Source: Antedon mediterranea | Lineage: Eukaryota; Animalia; Echinodermata | Assembly (NCBI RefSeq): GCF_964355755.1 | Contig: NC_092673.1 | Coordinates: forward strand, 18,969,648-19,033,647 | Reading direction: 5' to 3' | Length of the DNA: 64,000 nt | Shown here: in pieces, positions 38,943 through 52,230 of the stretch | Layout: the number at the start of each line of letters is the position of its first letter | How positions within the stretch are numbered: position 1 is the first letter of the stretch | Made by a program: the position numbers and the translations under genes | The notes under the pieces: generated by a model | Told to the model about the DNA's origin: nothing | The model's input: the letters and a program-made list of their open reading frames with translations, nothing else | Database searches by the model: none

Positions 38943-39018
38943 TGCAATTTAATTGTCGTAGCCTTTAATGCAAAGGTTTCTGTCTGATGAAATTATGTTT
39001 TACCTTTCATATTTTCAG

Positions 39019-39105
39019 AACAGAATGTGTAGGCTTAATTTTACACTAGAAGATATTGACATTAATAATTGTTAAATGAAGACACTGTATTTTTGCAATG
39101 GAAAG
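39019..39105 (+). CDS. Probable first coding exon of the ankyrin-repeat gene (5' UTR plus ATG GAA AG at 39098-39105)
   Basis: ttttcAG acceptor, GTACG donor; phase 2 matches the next exon. Confidence 0.55.
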
Positions 39106-39430
39106 GTACGTTTTTAACAATTATTTAAAATCAAACAAAAATAACCAGCTCCAATATGTGTTGATATTTTATTGAAATATGTAACTATTAGTATTAAAAA
39201 CAAATTTTTCAATAATTATATTGAATAAATAATATAATTTATAGGTCAAACAAAAGGAAAACACTTGATTAAGATATTCTTTTGAGAAAAATACTTTTAA
39301 ACTTTCTTTAAAAATTATAAAACTATAATTAACAGGCTTATTCTCATGAATTATAATAATAATATTATTTCCATCAATCATCATTTTCATAAAATAACGT
39401 AATAATTCATTATTTCTTACATTTTAACAG

Positions 39431-39527
39431 GAACAATTTGGTACAAGCTTTGTTGTCCAACAGGGATTTGCAAGAAATTAAACAAATTTGTAGGACTCAA
39501 CCAGATCTTGTGAAATTTATTAATGAG
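39431..39527 (+). CDS. Second coding exon of the ankyrin-repeat gene (RNNLVQALLSNRDLQEIKQICRTQPDLVKFINE, N-cap-like)
   Basis: ttttaacAG acceptor, GTATTT donor; 97 nt, ends in phase 0, compatible with the ankyrin exons. Confidence 0.6.
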
Positions 39528-39677
39528 GTATTTAAAAAAGGATATATTTTCATAATATTAACAAAAAGAATTTTTGTCATTAAAGTTTAAAATTATAGAT
39601 AATGTAGTTTTCTTTAATAGTTTCTTTTAATATTATAACATTTTTTATATAATGAATTACAATTATTTTGCAATATC

Positions 39678-40830
39678 ACACTGGGGATATAACCTACATG
39701 AACTGATAAACCAGAAAGGCTAAAAATAATAATATAAATACACACTGATGATGGGGGTATAACCTGCATGCACTGATTAACTACATTAGGCTAAAAATAA
39801 TAATATAAATACACACTGATGATGGAGGTATAACCTGCATGTACTGATTAACAACATTAGGCTAAAAATAATAATCTAAATACACACTGATGATGGAGGT
39901 ATAACCTGCATGCACTGATTAACAACATTAGGCTAAAAATAATAATATAAATACACACTGATGATGGAGGTATAACCTGCATGCACTGATTAACTACATT
40001 AGGCTAAAAATAATAATATAAATACACACTGATGATGGAGGTATAACCTGCATGTACTGATTAACCACATTAGGCTAAAAATAATAATATAAATACACAC
40101 TGATGATGGAGGTATAACCTGCATGCACTGATTAACAACATTAGGCTAAAAATAATAATATAAATACACACTGATGATGGAGCTATAACCTGCATGCACT
40201 GATTAACAACATTATAGGCTAAAAATAATAATATAAATACACACTGATGATGGGGGTATAACCTGCATACTGATTAACTACATAAGGCTAAAAATAATAA
40301 TATAAATACACACTGATGATGGGGGTATAACCTGCATGCACTGATTAACAACATTAGGCTAAAAATAATAATATAAATACACACTGATGATGGGGGTATA
40401 ACCTGCATACTGATTAACTACCTTAGGCTAAAAATAATAATATAAATACACACTGATGATGGAGCTATAACCTGCATGCACTGATTAACCACATTAGGCT
40501 AAAAATAATAATATAAATACACACTGATGATGGGGGTATAACCTGCATGCACTGATTAACAACATTAGGCTAAAAATAATAATATAAATACACACTGATG
40601 ATGGGGGTATAACCTGCATGTACTGATTAACAACATTAGGCTAAAAATAATAATATAAATACACACTGATGATGGGGATAACCTGCATGTACTGATTAAC
40701 CACATTAGGCTATAAATAATAATATAAATACACACTGATGATGGGTATAACCTGCATGCACTGATTAACCACATTAGGCTAAAAATAATAATATAAATAC
40801 ACACTGATGATGGAGGTATAACCTGCATGT
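39678..40830. repeat. 71-bp minisatellite, about 16 copies
   Basis: Unit taaaaataataatataaatacacactgatgatggaggtataacctgcatgcactgattaacaacattaggc; ends abruptly at the palindrome terminus. Confidence 0.95.
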
Positions 40831-43800
40831 ATGGCAAGCCTCAGCTGTCTGATATGGCAAGCCTCAGCTGTCTGAAGTATTCAAAATATTATATTATTAT
40901 ATAATTTTTTTATTATATTATATATTGTATTGTAATGAATTATACGTTTTGCATTATATTACTTGGTTTTAGCATTATATTATATCTATTTCTAATATAT
41001 TATGTGAAAAATGTAACAAATTATTGACTTTTTGTATTATATTATTTGGTTTTAGCATTATATTATGAACATTTAATATTATATTATTAATAAAATACAT
41101 TATATTATAATATAATTGTATTATATTAAACGCATTTACTTTACTTTATAACATACAACATTATTATATTATACGGATTCGTTAGTTATATTATTATTTT
41201 GTATGATGTTTATTATACGTCACGGCTTATTTCAGTTCTTCTAACTCTTTCTCTCCCTCCCCCTGTTCACTAGCAATCAGCGGCCGGCAGAATCTGAATT
41301 GTGACTGTTGAAGAAGAATAACTACGTACTAGGCCTAGCCTAGGCCTACTAGGGGATCTAGACAAGTGACCAAGGATCACCGGACAGCTACAACTAATAC
41401 TACAATACAGTACAATAATACTACTACAATAACTACTACTGCTACTACCTAGGCCTAGCTAGTGAGTAGTAGGTAGCTACTACTAGGCTCTGGGCGTATG
41501 TATGATGTTATACTACTAGGTAGGGCCTAGAGGCCTACTAGTACTAGGCTAGGCCTAGACTTAAGTTGTAGTAGGCTAGGGCCGGGCCTGCTGCCTTAGG
41601 CTACTACTACTACTACTACTAGGCAGCCCATGATGGGTACGAGTAAGCCAAAATTTTGGATATATGTAAACCAAAATTTGGGTACGAGCGTGTTGGCATG
41701 GCATGGGTACGGGTTGACCTGTATCCTTCTAGCTAATCGTACTATGCCTAGGCCTCAAGTAAGTCTACCAGTCTGGCTACAATATGGTCTATTTTGTTTT
41801 ATAGCCTTATTGATAGCTGGGTTCAAATCTGGGTTGGGACGGCTTTTTCTCATTCTAAAACAGATTTCCTTATCATAATAAAATAATATATGAATTTATT
41901 TGTAATATTGTAATGTATACATAATATAAGTAATTGCCATTGCCTTTATTACTATTAATTATGTATTATACGGTTACCCCTTAATTATACTATAGTATAA
42001 TTTCCTTGTTATATTTTACAATATTTTCTTCCTAATTCTACAATTTTGTCTTTCACAGCACAAATTTATCATACTGAATCATCACACACCAAGTCTCATA
42101 AATCTCTACTGTATTTGTCCAAGCTACTCCAGCTACATGGTATTGCCTTGAGGCTAAACTACACGGTATACTGGCACTACCATCATTCCTGGCTCGTCAA
42201 CCTGTACCACATAAGCACAGTTTCAGTTTATTTACCATTTCAATTTCTGAACATAAGAGATGAACAACTTATATGGATGGATAACCGTAACAGCAAAGCT
42301 CGTTTACCGGTCACCCGTTAGTGCAGTGACATTACAGACAACATAAAGACAGGACAAAGGTGCAATACTTAACAAGACATGTGAACATTTGTGTTTGCAA
42401 CCCCTTGGATAAAATAATATATTTATATTATGGAGAAAGTTAGATATTATAATATTTCTTTTTGATCATACAATGATAATTTTTAAATTACTTCTTAAGA
42501 AGTCATACTACTGATTCAAAATAGTGACTTACACCCTGTGGTCAAGGCTTTCTTTGCTCTTATGCTTATTTCCTCCAACATACAGAGTACATAGGACTTT
42601 TTTTATTCATAACTGTTGAATTGTTACCCAATACATAGTACCTATTGGTATTATATCTAAAAATACAAAGGCGGCTAACACAGATAGTTCCATATATACA
42701 GTACTCTTTTATAAATAAATGTATCTCTCCAAACTACTCCCAACTACCTAATCTAATAATAGTACTATTAGCATACTACTATACACTTTGTAGACAAGAA
42801 ATAAGTTGTATACACCTAGAGGACTTATGGTAGTACAGTCGATCGCCTTCTCACTGGCCCGGTCAACATAATCTATACCTAGATTATTACAGTAATTATA
42901 TTACAGAGTTTTTCTTTTTTTTTTGCAGAAATCAAAGTTATGTGTATAGAAAGCAGTACTCGTATTAAAAACTAAGCAGGTTGCAGGTCTTGAACGCAAC
43001 TGGCAGGATATTTTGAATATTTTTTGTTGTTGAAATGATGGAATCCTAAATAATGAGGACTATGAATCTGATATTTACTTGCATTCTCATCTTTTTAAAT
43101 TATTATTTATAATGCCGGTAATGAGTTTAAAATTTAATTATATTGACTATTTTTGATAATCATCATGTCCTTATAAATTCATTTATATTTCTTTTGTGTA
43201 ATATAGTTTATATATTATGTATTAACTAAATTGTTAAGGCCCTATACTGTTACTATTTAAGGAAAGTTTATATACACTATTATTTTATGCCTACCAATAT
43301 TAGTATTAATTGTTTATGTAAATATTTTGTCTAATTGCCTTGATTTTTTGTATAGGCCAATGGCATCAATGTTTTTCTCAAAGCAAATTAGCCTAATAAT
43401 GCCACATTTAGACACATGATTCATTGATTTCCGATATTCTGTACTTGTGTATGCATTACTAAAATAGTAGTTAATATATTTCATTTATAATGTATGTATA
43501 AACATATATTCATATTTTTTTAAACATTTTTAAATTTAAAAATTATTACAATACCTATCTACCTTTCTGATATTGTTACTATTATATAATATTCTTTGAG
43601 GCAGCAATAAAAAAAAAATTGGAACAATTAATTTGATTTATACTGTACTATGTTAGTTCAGGAGATGAAGTGTGTGTGGGCAGAAACTAGTGTGTTGGAG
43701 GTTGGTGGTGTGAGGTGTATAGTTGTCACTTTAAGACCTAAATTAGATGTTTTCTGAAGAAAAGAAGTAAGCGCATACGCTTTCAAACAACTCCAAGAAG

Positions 43801-46161
43801 ATTCACACAAAAATAATTACTTTCCAATAAAGTAGTATAACAGTGTATATTACAGTACATTGAATAAACTCGAGCGGAATAATAACGCACATAAAAAAAC
43901 ATTCATTTTCTTTTCGAAAAGTGCCCTCTCTAGTTTTCTATTAATTTATTAATAATTATTATTAATTAATGAGTAATATGAACATATTTTTAACATTCAA
44001 TGCTGGAAGCTGGTTCTACTCCTAACAAAGTTTCTATCTCCAAATTTCATCAACGTATTCAAAGCACTTCAATATTAAATATCACATTTAACATAAAAAT
44101 TCGGGTTTTGGATAGAATTTTGCTTAAAAACATATACAAAAAACATCGATAAAAAATACTTTTCGTATTCAAAAACATTTGATACTTGGTATAAATGTTC
44201 ACTATAGGTTGCTCTATTCACAGAAAAAAATTGCATTCATGAACGTGTTTTGTTGGTTGTTTTTTCAAAATAGTTATTAGCTTGAAAAAAATGAGTTGGA
44301 ATTGTATGGTCTTTCATAAGTGTACATTTTGTAAAAACGTAAATTTAAAAAATCAGTGATATGGCTTGATAGTTATTTTTTGTTTGCAATATGGATGGAG
44401 CAACCTATATTGAACATTTATACCAAGTATCAAATGTTTTTGAATACGAAAAGTATTTTTTATCGATGTTTTTTGTATATGTTTTTAAGCAAAATCATAT
44501 CCAAAACCTGAATTTGTAATGTTAAATGTAATTTATTTAAGTGCTTTGAATACGTTGATGAAATTTGGAGATATGAAACTTTGTTAGGAGTAGATACAGT
44601 TTCCAGCATTAAATTTTAAAAATATGTTTATATTACTCATTAATTGATAATAATTATTAATAAATTAATAGAAAACTAGAGAGGGCACTTTTCGACAAGA
44701 AAATGAATGTTTTTTATGTGCGTTATTATTCCGCTCGAGTTTATTCAATGTACTGTAATATACACTGTTATACTATTTTATTGGAAAGTAATTATTTTTG
44801 TGTGAATCTTCTTGGAGTTGTTTGAAAGCGTATCCGCTTACTTCTTTTCTTCAGAAAACATCTAATTTAGGTCTTAAAGTGACAACTATACACCTCACAC
44901 CACCAACCTCCAACACACTAGTTTCTGCCCACACACACTTCATCTCCTGAACTAACATAGTACAGTATAAGTCAAATAAATTTTTTAATTTCTTTTTATT
45001 GCTGCCTCAAAAAATATTATATAATAGTAACAATATCAGAAAGGTAGATAGGTATTGTAATAATTTTTAAATTTAAAAATGTTAAAAAAAATATGAATAT
45101 ATGTTTATACATACATTATAAATGAAATATATTAACTACTATTTTAGTAATGCATACACAAGTACAGAATATCAGAAATCAATGAATCATGTGTCTAAAT
45201 GTGGCATTATTAGGCTAATTTGCTTTGAGAAAAACATTGATGCCATTGGCCTATACAAAAATCAGGCAATTAGACAAAATATTTACATAAACAATTAATA
45301 CTTATATTGGTAGGCATAAAATAATAGTGTATATAAACTTTCCTTAAATAATAACAGTATAGGGCCTTATTAATTTATTTAATACATAAAATATGAACTA
45401 TATTACACAAAAAAAGTATAAATGAATTTATAAGGACATGATGATTATCAAAAATAGTCAATATAATTAAATTTTAAACTCATTACCGGCATTATAAATA
45501 ATATTTTAAAAAGATAAGAATGCAAGTAAATATCAGATTCATAGTCCTCATTATACACAATGATTTTCTACTATCACATATTAAAATATAAAACAATCAT
45601 GTAGCCTTTAATGACTTTACATGGAGGTCTATTCAAATAAATTTAAATAAAAGGGTCATAATATGTCTTCGTCTCCAGTTCGTGGAAATTGAAGTTAGGA
45701 TTCCATCATTTCAACAACAAAAAATATTCAAAATATCCTGCCAGTTTGCATTCAAGACCTGCAACCTGCTTAGTTTTTAATACGAGTACTGCTTTCTATA
45801 CACATAACTTTGATTTCTGCAAAAAAAAAAAAAAACTCTGTAATAATGTACTTTAATTACTGTAATAATCTAGGTATAGATTATGTTGACCGGGCCAGTG
45901 AGAGGGCGATCGACTGTACTACCATAAGTCCTGTAGGTGTATACAACTTATTTCTTGTCTACAAAGTGTATAGTAGTATGCTAATAGTACTATTATTAGA
46001 TTAGGTAGTTGGGAGTAGTTTGAAGAGATACATCTATCTATAAAAGAGTACTGTATATATGGAACTATCTGTGTTAGCCGCCTTTGTATTTTTAGATATA
46101 ATACCAATAGGTACTATGTATTGGGAAACAATTCAACAGTTATGAATAAAAAAAGTCCTAT

Positions 46162-48052
46162 TACTCTAGTAGCTAGATCAACTTTCGTATGCACTTTGAG
46201 GTCCAGAGAATTTGACTTCAGAAATTGGTTTAGGGTGGTCAAACAATCATATTTGGCTTGGTTACACATTTTGAAAATGTGGCGAAAGGTCAAAAGGTCA
46301 AGGTGAAAGGTCATAAGACCAAACATAAATATGTCCTTAAATCTCAACAACCACTGGTCACAACGAGGTAATTTTGGTCTTAAATTAATCAGAAGGTATA
46401 CATTTATATTCAGTCTAATGGGACATTTTAGTAAAAAATGACCGGAAATGCCATTTCTGACCTTTGACCCACAACCCAGGGCATGTATGTATCTCCGTAA
46501 CTACTGGTCGTAGACACTTGAATTTGGTTTTAAATTCTTCGAAATATATATTTTGTTATTTGTTACTCATTTTGAAAAATGTTACAAAAGGTCAAAGGGT
46601 CAAGGTCAATGGTTATTTGAACAAATAAAAAAAGGTACTTGTATCTCGGCAACCACTGGTCGCAGCAAGTCAATTTTGGTCTCAAAATGTTCAGAAGGCA
46701 TGCATTTATATTCCATCTAATATGGCATTTTAGTCAAAAATGATCAGAAATGCCATTTCTGACCTTTGACCCACATACCAGGGCATCTTCATATCTCTGT
46801 AAGTACAGGTCGTAGAAACTTAAATTTGGTATCAAATTGTTCGAAATATACATATTTACATTCATTGTAATAGAAAATGTGGTTAAAAGATGAATAGAAA
46901 TACTATTACTAATGTTTCAAACAAAAAACATATCTACACAACTTATCCTTAGACAGTAATGTTATGCAATAACTGATACTTTAAATTGTTTTAATTTCAA
47001 GTACTAGTTATTGCTGTCCCCGAGGACATTTTGATAGAAACGTTAAGCTCAACATTTCTTTTCAGAATGCTAGAAGTAACTTGCCATATGTATCCGATTA
47101 AACGCCCCAGGCATTTATTGTTCAAAAGGGTTTTTAGGGGGAAAGGAAGAATCTTTATTTGGGGTATAATAGGGTAACATGTATAATCAAATAAATACCA
47201 CCTAGATGTAAAAAAATACTGCACAATTAATATAAAAAAGTGATAAAATTATGTCAAAATGCTTGGTAAATTGTAGATTATGGTAGTTAATGAAATGTGT
47301 TGACGTGATACAATTATTGTGTAAATGCATGTAGCGGGGCGTTTATTCCACATGGTGTTCTATTGGAGGGAATGGTGGCGTTTATTTGAAAGAATACTCT
47401 AATTTTAATAATTGTATTTCGTTTCTCAACTGATAAAAGGTACTTTACATGATTCGTTTTCCTCTTTATGCTTTTTAACGAAATGGTTCTGTCTTTAAAA
47501 ATAAAAGTGATAGATTCCATTAAATGAATCTTCTCCTCCAGGTGCCAGTATAATGATATAAAACAATGACACATCATTATCCTGACACGATTGCACTCAT
47601 AATGGATCTTCATTCTATCATCTATTTGTTTGTAACTACAAATTTGACAACAATCTTTTGCATAGTTTTAAATGCCAATACATAGTTTCATTACTATTGT
47701 ACAATATGTCCAGCTTTCCTGAAAACACCCTTGTGTACTGTAGTACAGTGTTGTTGTATGATTTTATCATGATAAACTTCTGATGCTTTTATTGTCAATG
47801 CATTCAGTACCTAAAACATGTCAAAGTTTCTAGTGGTATTGATAATAAATCTCCAGAAATATATATTGTTTTATTATCTACACTGGGAACAGACGTGTAT
47901 ATGTATAAGTTTTGTCGTTGACATTCAAAACTATTATGCAACAGTGTTACGTGACAATGACTTGGTCTATTATTGTGGTCTCCGATACCTTTCATTACAT
48001 GATTGTACTTCCACCAGGATAGAATGAGGTTTAATCTCGTTATTATTCTTAT

Positions 48053-48083
<31 letters not shown>

Positions 48084-49142
48084 GGGGTGTATTTATTTGA
48101 TTATACATGTTACCATTATTACACCCAACAAAATAAACGCCTTCCCTGAATAAATAAATGCCCGAGGCTTTTATTTGGGTAACTACAGAAATTACTTTTA
48201 GCATTCTCAAAATGTTTGAACGTTCGGGGGTCAACAATACTTTCTAGCATTATTATAAGCAAAAGTACAATTATTACAAACAGTAAAGGATTTGTTTTAA
48301 TTCCTATAATGAAATTATTAAGCATCAATTATTGCATAACATTACTGTCTAATGATAAGTTGGGTAGATATGTTTTTCATTTAAAAGATTAGTAATTAAT
48401 AGTATTTCTGATCATCTTTTATCCAAATTTTCTGTTAGAATGAATGTAAATATGTGTATTTCTAACAATTTGATGCTAAATTTAAGTTTCTACGACCTGT
48501 ACTTACAGAGATAAGAAGATGCCCTGGTATGTATGTCAAAGGTCAGAAATGTCATTTCCGGTCATTTTCGACTAAAATGTTTCATTAGACTGAATATGAA
48601 TGTATACCTTCTGATCAATTGGAGACGAAAATTACCTCGCTGTGACCAGTGGTTGCTGAGACACAAATACCTATTTGTGTTTATTCATATAACCCCTGCC
48701 TTGACCTTTTGACCTTTTGTATCATTGTTCAAAATGTGTAACAAATAACTAAATGTATATTTCGAACAATTTGAGCCCAAATTCAAGTCTCTACGGCCAA
48801 TAGTTACGGAGATACAGACATGCCCTGGTTTATGGGTCAAAGGTCAGAAATGGCATTTCCGGTCATTTTCGACTAAAATGTTTCATTAGACTGAATATGA
48901 ATGTATACCTTCTGATCAATTTGAGACCAAAATTACCTCGCTGTGACCAGTGGTTGTCGAGATTTAAGGACATAATGGTGTTTGTTCTTATAACCTTTGA
49001 CCCTGACCTTTTGACCTTTCGCCACATTTTCAAAATGTGTAACCAAGCCAAAAATGATTGTTTGACCACCCTAAACCAATTTCTGAAGTCAAATTCTCTG
49101 GACCTCAAAGTGCATACGAAAGTTGATCTAGCTACTAGAGTA
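46162..49142. mobile_element. Non-autonomous DNA transposon with ~1-kb internally repetitive TIRs, TACTCTAG termini and a 3-bp TSD (TAT)
   Basis: tactctagtagctagatcaactttcgtatg at 46162 and its reverse complement ending 49142; empty site cctatgtac seen in sister arms; ~300-bp subrepeats with tgacctttgacc. Confidence 0.85.
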
Positions 49143-49143
49143 T

Positions 49144-50013
49144 GGGTGCAGGTCAAGTCGGCCCTAAACCGTCTCGGCCAAAGTCAAGTCGGCCCCACGT
49201 CAAGTCGGCCCCAAGTCAACTCGGCCCCAAGTCAACTCGGCCTCAAGTCAACTCGGCCTCACGTCAACTCGGCCAAAAACTAATCGGTCAACTCGGCCAC
49301 AATAAAGTATGGAATGCAAAAAGTGCTTAATATTATTATGATTCTTACTATCCACGCTTTAAAAAAAATGAATAAAAAAAAAATATAATTAAATAATATC
49401 ATATAAAAAAATGAACTCATTGCCAATATGAATATAAGTACCCGCGTGTTACAAAAACACGTGCAGGTACCGCATTTTAGTAAATCGAAGACGGAGGCCT
49501 ACGTTCCACCATTTGGCCATAGAAAAAATGATTGTACATCGTTTTTGTCCATGATTTGCGTTTAAAAAAAGGGAATACCCCGGTCAGTGAAAACACGTAG
49601 CAGTTGTAGATATCGAAAAAGCTGCCAAAGGCGCAGGGAGGCGCAGCTACGAATTGTTTTCAATTGTGCAATTTGAAATTTTATTAAACGTATAATAAAG
49701 GAAAGTTGGTGAAATCATTCCTATTTTTTTGCTAAATATATTATTGTCTAAATATTAATATTCATTAAAAGATGATTATTTATAGTTAAAAAATTGTGAT
49801 GAAATATTATTTTATCAATCCCCTTCATTTGCACTTTTTGCGTTCCATACTTTAACGGGGCCGAGTTTACCGATTATTTTTTGGCCGAGTTGACGTGAGG
49901 CCGAGTTGACTTGAGGCCGAGTTGACTTGAGGCCGACTTGACTTGAGGCCGAGTTGACTTGAGGCCGACTTGACTTTGGCCGAGACGGTTTAGGGCCGAC
50001 TTGGATCGAAACC
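49144..50013. mobile_element. MULE-like MITE with subterminal tandem repeats (caagtcaactcggcct) and a 9-bp TSD
   Basis: TIRs gtcaagtcggccctaaaccgtctcggcc and reverse complement; TSD ctagagtat at 49135-49143 and 50014-50022. Confidence 0.88.
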
Positions 50014-52230
50014 CTAGAGTATATGTACTCTGTATGTTGGAGGAAATAAGCATAAGAGCAAATAAAGCCTTGACCACAGGGTGTGAGTCACTATTTTGAA
50101 TCAGTAGTATGACTTCTTAAGAAGTAATTTAAAAATTATCATTGTATGATCAAAAAGAAATATTATAATATCTAACTTTCTCCTTTATATAAATATATTA
50201 TTTTATCCAAGGGGTTGCAAACACAAGTGTTCACATGTATTGCACCTTTGTCCTGTCTGTAATGTCACTGCACTAACGGGTGACCGGTAAACGAGCTTCG
50301 CTCTTACGGTTATCCATCCATATAAGTTGTTCATCTCTTATGTTCAGAAATTGAAATGGTAAATAAACTGAAACTGTGCTTATGTGGTACAGGTCGACGA
50401 GCCAGGAATGATGGTAGTGCCAGTATACCGTGTAGTTTAGCCTCAAGGCAATACCATGTAGCTGGAGTAGCTTGGACAAATACAGTAGAGATTTATGAGA
50501 CTTGGTGTGTGATGATTCAGTATGATAAATTTGTGCTGTGAAAGACAAAATTGTAGAATTAGGAAGAAAATATTGTAAAATATAACAAGGAAATTATACT
50601 ATAGTATAATTAAGGGGTAACCGTATAATACATAATTAATAGTAATAAAGGCAATGGCAATTACTTATATTATGTATACATTACAATATTACAAATAAAT
50701 TCATATATTATTTTATTATGATAAGGAAATCTGTTTTAGAATGAGAAAAAGCCGTCCCAAACCAGATTTGAACCCAGCTATCAATAAAGCTATAAAACAA
50801 AATAGACCATATTGTATCCGGACTGGGTAGGGTAGACTTACTTGAGGCCTAGGCATAGTACGATTAGCTAGAAGGATACAGGCCAACCCGTACCCATGCC
50901 ATGCCAACACGCTCGTACCCAAATTTTGGTTTACATATATCCAAAATTTTGGCTTACTCGTACCCATCATGGGCTGCCTAGTAGTAGTAGTAGTAGTAGT
51001 AGTAGCCTAGCCTAAGGCCTAGCCTAGGCCCTAGTAGTTAACATCATACATACGCCCTAGAGCCTAGTAGTAGCTACATACTACTCACTAGCTAGGCCTA
51101 GGTAGTAGCAGTAGTAGTTATTGTAGTAGTATTATTGTATTGTAGTATTAGTTGTAGCTGTCCGGTGATCCTTGGTCACTTGTCTAGATCCCCTAGTAGG
51201 CCTAGGCTAGGCCTAGTATAGTACGTAGTTATTCTTCAACAGTCACACAATTCAGATTCTGCCGGCCGCTGATTGCTAGTGAACAGGGGGAGGGAGAGAA
51301 AGAGTTAGAAGAACTGAAATAAGCCGTGACGTATAATAAACATCATACAACATAATAATATAACTAACGAATCCGTATAATATAATAATGTTGTATGTTG
51401 TAAAGTAAAGTAAATGCGTTTAATATAATACAATTATATTATAATATAATGTATTTTATTAATAATATAATATTAAATGTTCATAATATAATGATAAAAC
51501 CAAATAATATAATACAAAAAGTCAATAATTTGTTACATTTTTCACATAATATATTAGAAATAGATATAATAAAATGCTAAAACCAAGTAATATAATGCAA
51601 AACGTATAATTCATTACAATACAATATATAATATAATAAACAAATGATATAATAATATAATATTTTGAATACTTCAGACAGCTGAGGCTTGCCATAGAAT
51701 TATACGTTTTGCATTATATTACTTGGTTTTAGCATTATATTATATCTATTTCTAATATATTATGTGAAAAATGTAACAAATTATTGACTTTTTGTATTAT
51801 ATTATTTGGTTTTAGCATTATATTATGAACATTTAATATTATATTATTAATAAAATACATTATATTATAATATAATTGTATTATATTAAACGCATTTACT
51901 TTACTTTATAACATACAACATTATTATATTATACGGATTCGTTAGTTATATTATTATTTTGTATGATGTTTATTATACGTCACGGCTTATTTCAGTTCTT
52001 CTAACTCTTTCTCTCCCTCCCCCTGTTCACTAGCAATCAGCGGCCGGCAGAATCTGAATTGTGTGACTGTTGAAGAATAACTACGTACTAGGCCTAGCCT
52101 TGGCCTACTAGGGGATCTAGACAAGTGACCAAGGATCACCGGACAGCTACAACTAATACTACAATACAATAATACTACTACAATAACTACTACTGCTACT
52201 ACCTAGGCCTAGTTAGTGAGTAGTAGGTAG

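Larger units (their letters stand above)
40854..51695. mobile_element. Giant palindromic (foldback-like) element, copy 1: arm 40854-~44217, spacer ~44218-44394, inverted arm ~44395-51695 interrupted by nested elements at 46162-50022
   Basis: Termini atggcaagcctcagctgtctgaagtattcaaaat and its reverse complement; mirrored ORF pairs 41630/50716, 42046/50273, 42645/45919. Confidence 0.85.

Noticed and set aside
39678-40830. CTGATGA in every 71-bp unit suggesting tandem hammerhead ribozymes
   Set aside because: No GAAA core at the right position after a stem II, so the catalytic core is incomplete
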